From: a virus
Lineage: Duplodnaviria; Heunggongvirae; Uroviricota; Caudoviricetes
IMG/VR virus record: IMGVR_UViG_2563366807_000009
Length of the DNA stretch: 19,447 nucleotides
Direction: 5' to 3' (one strand)
The notes below the pieces were generated by a model, which saw only the letters and a list, made by a program, of their open reading frames with translations, was not told the DNA's origin and made no database searches. The position numbers and the translations under genes are program-made. Shown one piece after another: positions 16,066 through 19,447 of the stretch. Position 1 is the first letter of the stretch. Every line of letters starts with the position of its first letter.

Positions 16066-16424
16066 ATACTTACCACATCACACTACCCTGGCCTCCGAGC
16101 AATAATCGCTATTACCGCCATAATCGCGGGCGCACGCACGTCAGCGCAGAGGGGCAGGCATACCGCGATAACGTCGCCCGAATCATTAAAAACGCAATGC
16201 TGGATATCGGCCTGGCTATGCCTGTGAAAATCCGCATTGAGTGCCACATGCCGGATCGCCGTCGCCGTGACCTGGATAATCTGCAAAAAGCCGCTTTTGA
16301 CGCACTCACTAAAGCAGGTTTCTGGCTGGATGATGCTCAGGTCGTTGATTACCGCGTTGTGAAGATGCCTGTTACCAAAGGTGGGAGGCTGGAACTGACC
16401 ATCACCGAAATGGGGAATGAATGA
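16062..16424 (+). CDS. rusA: RusA Holliday-junction resolvase
   Basis: 120 aa, [99 protein letters not shown]..., matches RusA as recalled. Confidence 0.95.
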   Translation: MNTYHITLPWPPSNNRYYRHNRGRTHVSAEGQAYRDNVARIIKNAMLDIGLAMPVKIRIECHMPDRRRRDLDNLQKAAFDALTKAGFWLDDAQVVDYRVVKMPVTKGGRLELTITEMGNE

Positions 16425-16561
16425 TGTTTGAGTTTAATATGGCAGAACTTCTTCGCCACCGCTGGGGGCGTCTGCGCTTATATCGTTTCCCCGGCTCTGT
16501 TTTGACCGATTACCGAATACTGAAGAATTACGCCAAAACACTGACAGGAGCAGGAGTATGA
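16421..16561 (+). CDS. ylcG: YlcG-like small protein (46 aa)
   Basis: ATG overlaps the rusA stop (ATGA). [46 protein letters not shown]. Position and length as in DLP12. Hand-translated. Confidence 0.6.
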   Translation: MMFEFNMAELLRHRWGRLRLYRFPGSVLTDYRILKNYAKTLTGAGV

Positions 16562-16646
16562 AGTCAGAGATAACAATCAACTAATACTGTTTTGTTGATT
16601 TTTGCTTGTAATTGGCGTTCTGGTCTGAGTTTTGTGGAGTAAGTTG

Positions 16647-17030
16647 ATGCGTGATATTCAGATGGTTCTTGAGCGTTGGGGAGCGTGGGCGGCTAATAAT
16701 CATGAAGATGTGACCTGGTCGTCCATTGCCGCCGGTTTTAAGGGATTAATTCCTTCAAAAGTAAAATCTCGCCCGCAATGTTGTGACGATGACGCGATGA
16801 TCATTTGCGGGTGCATGGCCCGTCTGAAAAAGAACAACAGCGATTTGCACGATTTATTAGTAGATTATTATGTAGTCGGTATGACATTCATGTCACTGGC
16901 AGGTAAGCATTGCTGCTCTGATGGTTATATCGGGAAAAGGTTACAAAAGGCTGAGGGCATAATTGAAGGGATGTTAATGGCATTAGATATCCGGTTAGAG
17001 ATGGATATCGTTGTTAATAACTCTAATTAA
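16647..17030 (+). CDS. quuD: late-gene antiterminator Q (phage 82/DLP12 QuuD-type)
   Basis: 127 aa from ATG 16647 (GGAG 7 nt upstream): [60 protein letters not shown]..., Cys-rich. Last gene before the late/lysis region. The track's TTG start at 16632 is less likely. Confidence 0.85.
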   Translation: MRDIQMVLERWGAWAANNHEDVTWSSIAAGFKGLIPSKVKSRPQCCDDDAMIICGCMARLKKNNSDLHDLLVDYYVVGMTFMSLAGKHCCSDGYIGKRLQKAEGIIEGMLMALDIRLEMDIVVNNSN

Positions 17031-17040
17031 TATGCCAATT

Positions 17041-17219
17041 GTTTACTAAAAATTATTAAAAATGGGGCGTTGAGACGCCCCCAAAAATAAAGGGTAATAT
17101 ATAACAGAAGGTTTATATAGTTAGAAGCAAGGTTGTGCTTCTAAAGGAAGTGGCTTGAGGGAGCCACTTATATGTTGGGGAGGCAACGCCTCCCGCAACA
17201 TATCTTTTTCGTAATCAGA
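17041..17219 (-). ncRNA. structured nmpC 3' UTR, the location reported for the IpeX regulatory RNA
   Basis: Directly downstream of the nmpC stop on the minus strand. Four stem-loops: 17170-17203, 17150-17167, 17123-17142 and 17064-17081, the last followed on the minus strand by a T-rich run. The IpeX assignment is from recalled literature on the DLP12 nmpC 3' region, not sequence comparison. Confidence 0.3.
17170..17209 (+). terminator. Rho-independent terminator downstream of quuD (tR'-like)
   Basis: Long hairpin ATATGTTGGGGAGGC-AACG-CCTCCC-G-CAACATAT (17170-17203) followed by CTTTTT (17204-17209), about 175 bp after the quuD stop. Confidence 0.5.
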
Positions 17220-18302
17220 TTAGAACTGGTAAACCAGACCTACAGCAACGATGTCATCAGTATCAATACCAGCTGTTTTGGTAAACTTACTATCGTCAAT
17301 TAAGTTGATTTTGTAATCAACAAAAGTGGACATGTTTTTATTAAAGTAGTAAGTAGCACCGACATCGACATACTTGACTAAGTCTCGGTCACCATGAACA
17401 CCAAGGTCTTTACCTTTTGACTGAAGGTAAGCAACAGATGGGCGCAGACCGAAGTCAAACTGATATTGTGCTACTGCTTCAAAGTTTTGTGCTTTGTTTG
17501 CAATATGGTTATTACCAAAAACGGTCATATTCTGAGTTTCAGAATATGTGGTAGCCAGATAGATATTGTTCGCATCATATTTCAGGCCTGCAGCCCATAC
17601 TTCCGCATTTTTGCCGGAGGCATTGAATTTGCTCTTACCATAGGCGACCTGACCGTCAGTGCGATCTGATTTAGCATAGGTTGCACCCACGCCGAATCCT
17701 TCATACTCATAAGTAGTGGAGAAACCGAAACCATCACCATTGGCTTCAGTTACGTCAGTGCGGTCATTTTTACCCTGATACTGAGCAGCAAAGTTCAGGC
17801 CATCGACCAGACCAAAGAAGTCGTTGTTACGATAAGTTGCAACACCAGTAGTGCGACCAGTCATGAACACATCTGTTTGGGTCCAGGTATCACCACCGAA
17901 TTCTGGCAGGACGTCAGTCCACGCACCGATGTCGTATGCTACACCGTAGTTACGGCCGTAATCGATTGAGCCGTAATCACCAAATTTCAGGCCTGCAAAT
18001 GCAAGACGGGTTTTGTCTTTGGAAGAACCTTGAGATTCAGCGCGGTTGCCTTTGAATTCATATTCCCACTGACCGAAACCAGTCAGTTGATCGTTGATTT
18101 GGGTTTCACCTTTGAAGCCAAGACGGGCATAAGTAGTATCACCATCATCTGCATCATTAGAGGAGAAGTAGTGCTTAGCATTAACTTTCCCGTACAGATC
18201 CAGCTTGTTACTGTCTTTATTATAAATTTCAGCTGCCTGAGCAGACATCGCCATCAGTACTGATGCAGCTACAGCAGAAATTGCCACTGTTAATTTTTTC
18301 AT
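17220..18302 (-). CDS. nmpC: outer-membrane porin, OmpC/OmpF family (NmpC/Lc-type), apparently intact
   Basis: 360 aa with signal peptide [29 protein letters not shown], porin hallmarks and C-terminal ...VAVGLVYQF. Uninterrupted here. Confidence 0.93.
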   Translation of the reverse strand: MKKLTVAISAVAASVLMAMSAQAAEIYNKDSNKLDLYGKVNAKHYFSSNDADDGDTTYARLGFKGETQINDQLTGFGQWEYEFKGNRAESQGSSKDKTRLAFAGLKFGDYGSIDYGRNYGVAYDIGAWTDVLPEFGGDTWTQTDVFMTGRTTGVATYRNNDFFGLVDGLNFAAQYQGKNDRTDVTEANGDGFGFSTTYEYEGFGVGATYAKSDRTDGQVAYGKSKFNASGKNAEVWAAGLKYDANNIYLATTYSETQNMTVFGNNHIANKAQNFEAVAQYQFDFGLRPSVAYLQSKGKDLGVHGDRDLVKYVDVGATYYFNKNMSTFVDYKINLIDDSKFTKTAGIDTDDIVAVGLVYQF

Positions 18303-18730
18303 CGTGAGCCCTTTTTTTTGAACTATTATTAAAAAATGATGTCACTGCGCGATAAATATTCATCTAATCAATGTGATTATTTCAAGATGTAAGTTTTGGT
18401 TTCTCGTTTAATTTGTGAAGTAGATCTCTATTTTTATCTGAACTTTTTTCTATCGAATCCTATTCATGGCTCTTGGCTGAATAAAAATAAATCTATTAGC
18501 CAATTTATATTAATGGCTGTTATTTATAAGTGCTCTATAATTTGAAGGTTCAATTTAAATTGGCTAAAAATAACGCTGGAAATTATTTGTTGGTTATTTG
18601 TTGAGATTTGCTTATGTATTTGTAGTGGTGTTTTCAATACTCGGTAGCATTCTCGCAAATATCATTTAGTGGTTTACGTACGTAAAAAATTGGTTATGCT
18701 GTTAAGAGTGGTTACTTCGTCACACAGCTT

Positions 18731-18763
18731 AAACCCGCCGTCGAGCGGGTTTTTCCATTTTTT
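18731..18763 (+). terminator. plus-strand Rho-independent terminator-like element upstream of essD
   Basis: Stem AAACCCGC/GCGGGTTT (18731-18738 and 18745-18752) with CGTCGA loop, followed by TTTTCCATTTTTT. No plus-strand ORF precedes it. Confidence 0.45.
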
Positions 18764-18875
18764 GAGTCTCGATATTAGCTGATAACCCAATACCTGAGTT
18801 ATTCACTGACTCCGAGTCTGTTACGTTTCGTAGTATTCCCTCAATTTACACCCGCTTTGTCTGCGAGGTGGGGTT

Positions 18876-19091
18876 ATGAAATCCATGGATAAGTTAACAA
18901 CGGGTGTCGCCTATGGCACCTCAGCAGGTAGTGCCGGGTACTGGTTTTTACAGCTGCTCGATAAAGTCACGCCCTCACAGTGGGCAGCAATAGGTGTGCT
19001 GGGTAGCCTGGTATTTGGCCTGCTGACGTACCTGACAAACCTTTATTTCAAGATTAAAGAAGATAAGCGCAAGGCTGCGAGAGGTGAATAA
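18876..19091 (+). CDS. essD: holin (phage 21 S-type, EssD-like)
   Basis: 71 aa, [71 protein letters not shown], two hydrophobic helices and a charged tail. Stop overlaps the next ATG (TAATG). Confidence 0.9.
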
Positions 19092-19447
19092 TGCCTCCAT
19101 CATTACGAAAAGCTGTTGCTGCTGCTATTGGTGGCGGGGCTATTGCTATAGCATCTGTGTTAATCACTGGCCCAAGTGGTAACGATGGTCTGGAAGGTGT
19201 GAGACATAATCCTTACAAAGACATAGTTGGTGTATGGACTGTATGTTACGGGCATACAGGAAAAGACATCATTCCCGGTAAAACGTATACCGAAGCAGAG
19301 TGCAAAGCCCTCCTGAATAAAGACCTTGCCACTGTCGCCAGACAAATTAACCGGTACATCAAAGTCGATATACCGGAAACAACGCGCGGCGCTCTTTACT
19401 CGTTCGTCTACAACGTGGGTGCTGGCAATTTCAGAACATCGACGCTT
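19091..19447 (+). CDS. rrrD: endolysin with N-terminal signal-anchor (lysozyme RrrD-like); 3' end beyond window
   Basis: [36 protein letters not shown]...[17 protein letters not shown]. The hydrophobic N-terminus followed by a lysozyme-like region matches DLP12 RrrD as recalled. Runs off the window end. Confidence 0.88.
   Translation, partial: MPPSLRKAVAAAIGGGAIAIASVLITGPSGNDGLEGVRHNPYKDIVGVWTVCYGHTGKDIIPGKTYTEAECKALLNKDLATVARQINRYIKVDIPETTRGALYSFVYNVGAGNFRTSTL

Noticed and set aside
15043-16309. Minus-strand ORFs of 118, 221, 112, 67 and 65 aa
   Set aside because: All are antisense to the ybcN-ninE-ybcO-rusA run, which is supported by homology, start-stop overlaps and good ribosome-binding sites.
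17466-18263. Plus-strand ORFs of 67 and 77 aa
   Set aside because: Antisense within the porin gene.

Overview
This window reads as the integration-proximal ~18.7 kb of a mosaic lambdoid prophage inserted at tRNA-Arg(UCU) argU, next to a fimZ/sfmZ-like regulator truncated by an IS5 end. Leftward from the immunity region: a cI-like repressor (not lambda immunity) followed in the rexAB position by an AT-rich two-gene cassette, then OL/PL, a kil/cIII-position ORF, lambda-type gam-bet-exo, small ORFs, a TraR-like protein, xis and int. Rightward from OR/PR: cro, a YdaT-like protein, O (with ori iterons), P and ren. An accessory stretch follows ren: a 500-aa membrane-anchored coiled-coil protein with a GIY-YIG/T5orf172-like C-terminus, then a Bro-N antirepressor-like gene and a small membrane protein bracketed by ~92-bp direct repeats. 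The window ends with a DLP12-like nin region (ybcN, ninE, ybcO, rusA, ylcG, quuD), an intact nmpC porin gene, and essD plus the start of rrrD. The strongest candidate for an undescribed system is the rex-slot cassette: a ~157-aa minimal-nucleotidyltransferase-like protein translationally coupled to a 310-aa protein I cannot place in any family. All calls rest on reading the sequence and recalled protein families; no database search was run, so novelty and some boundaries are unverified.
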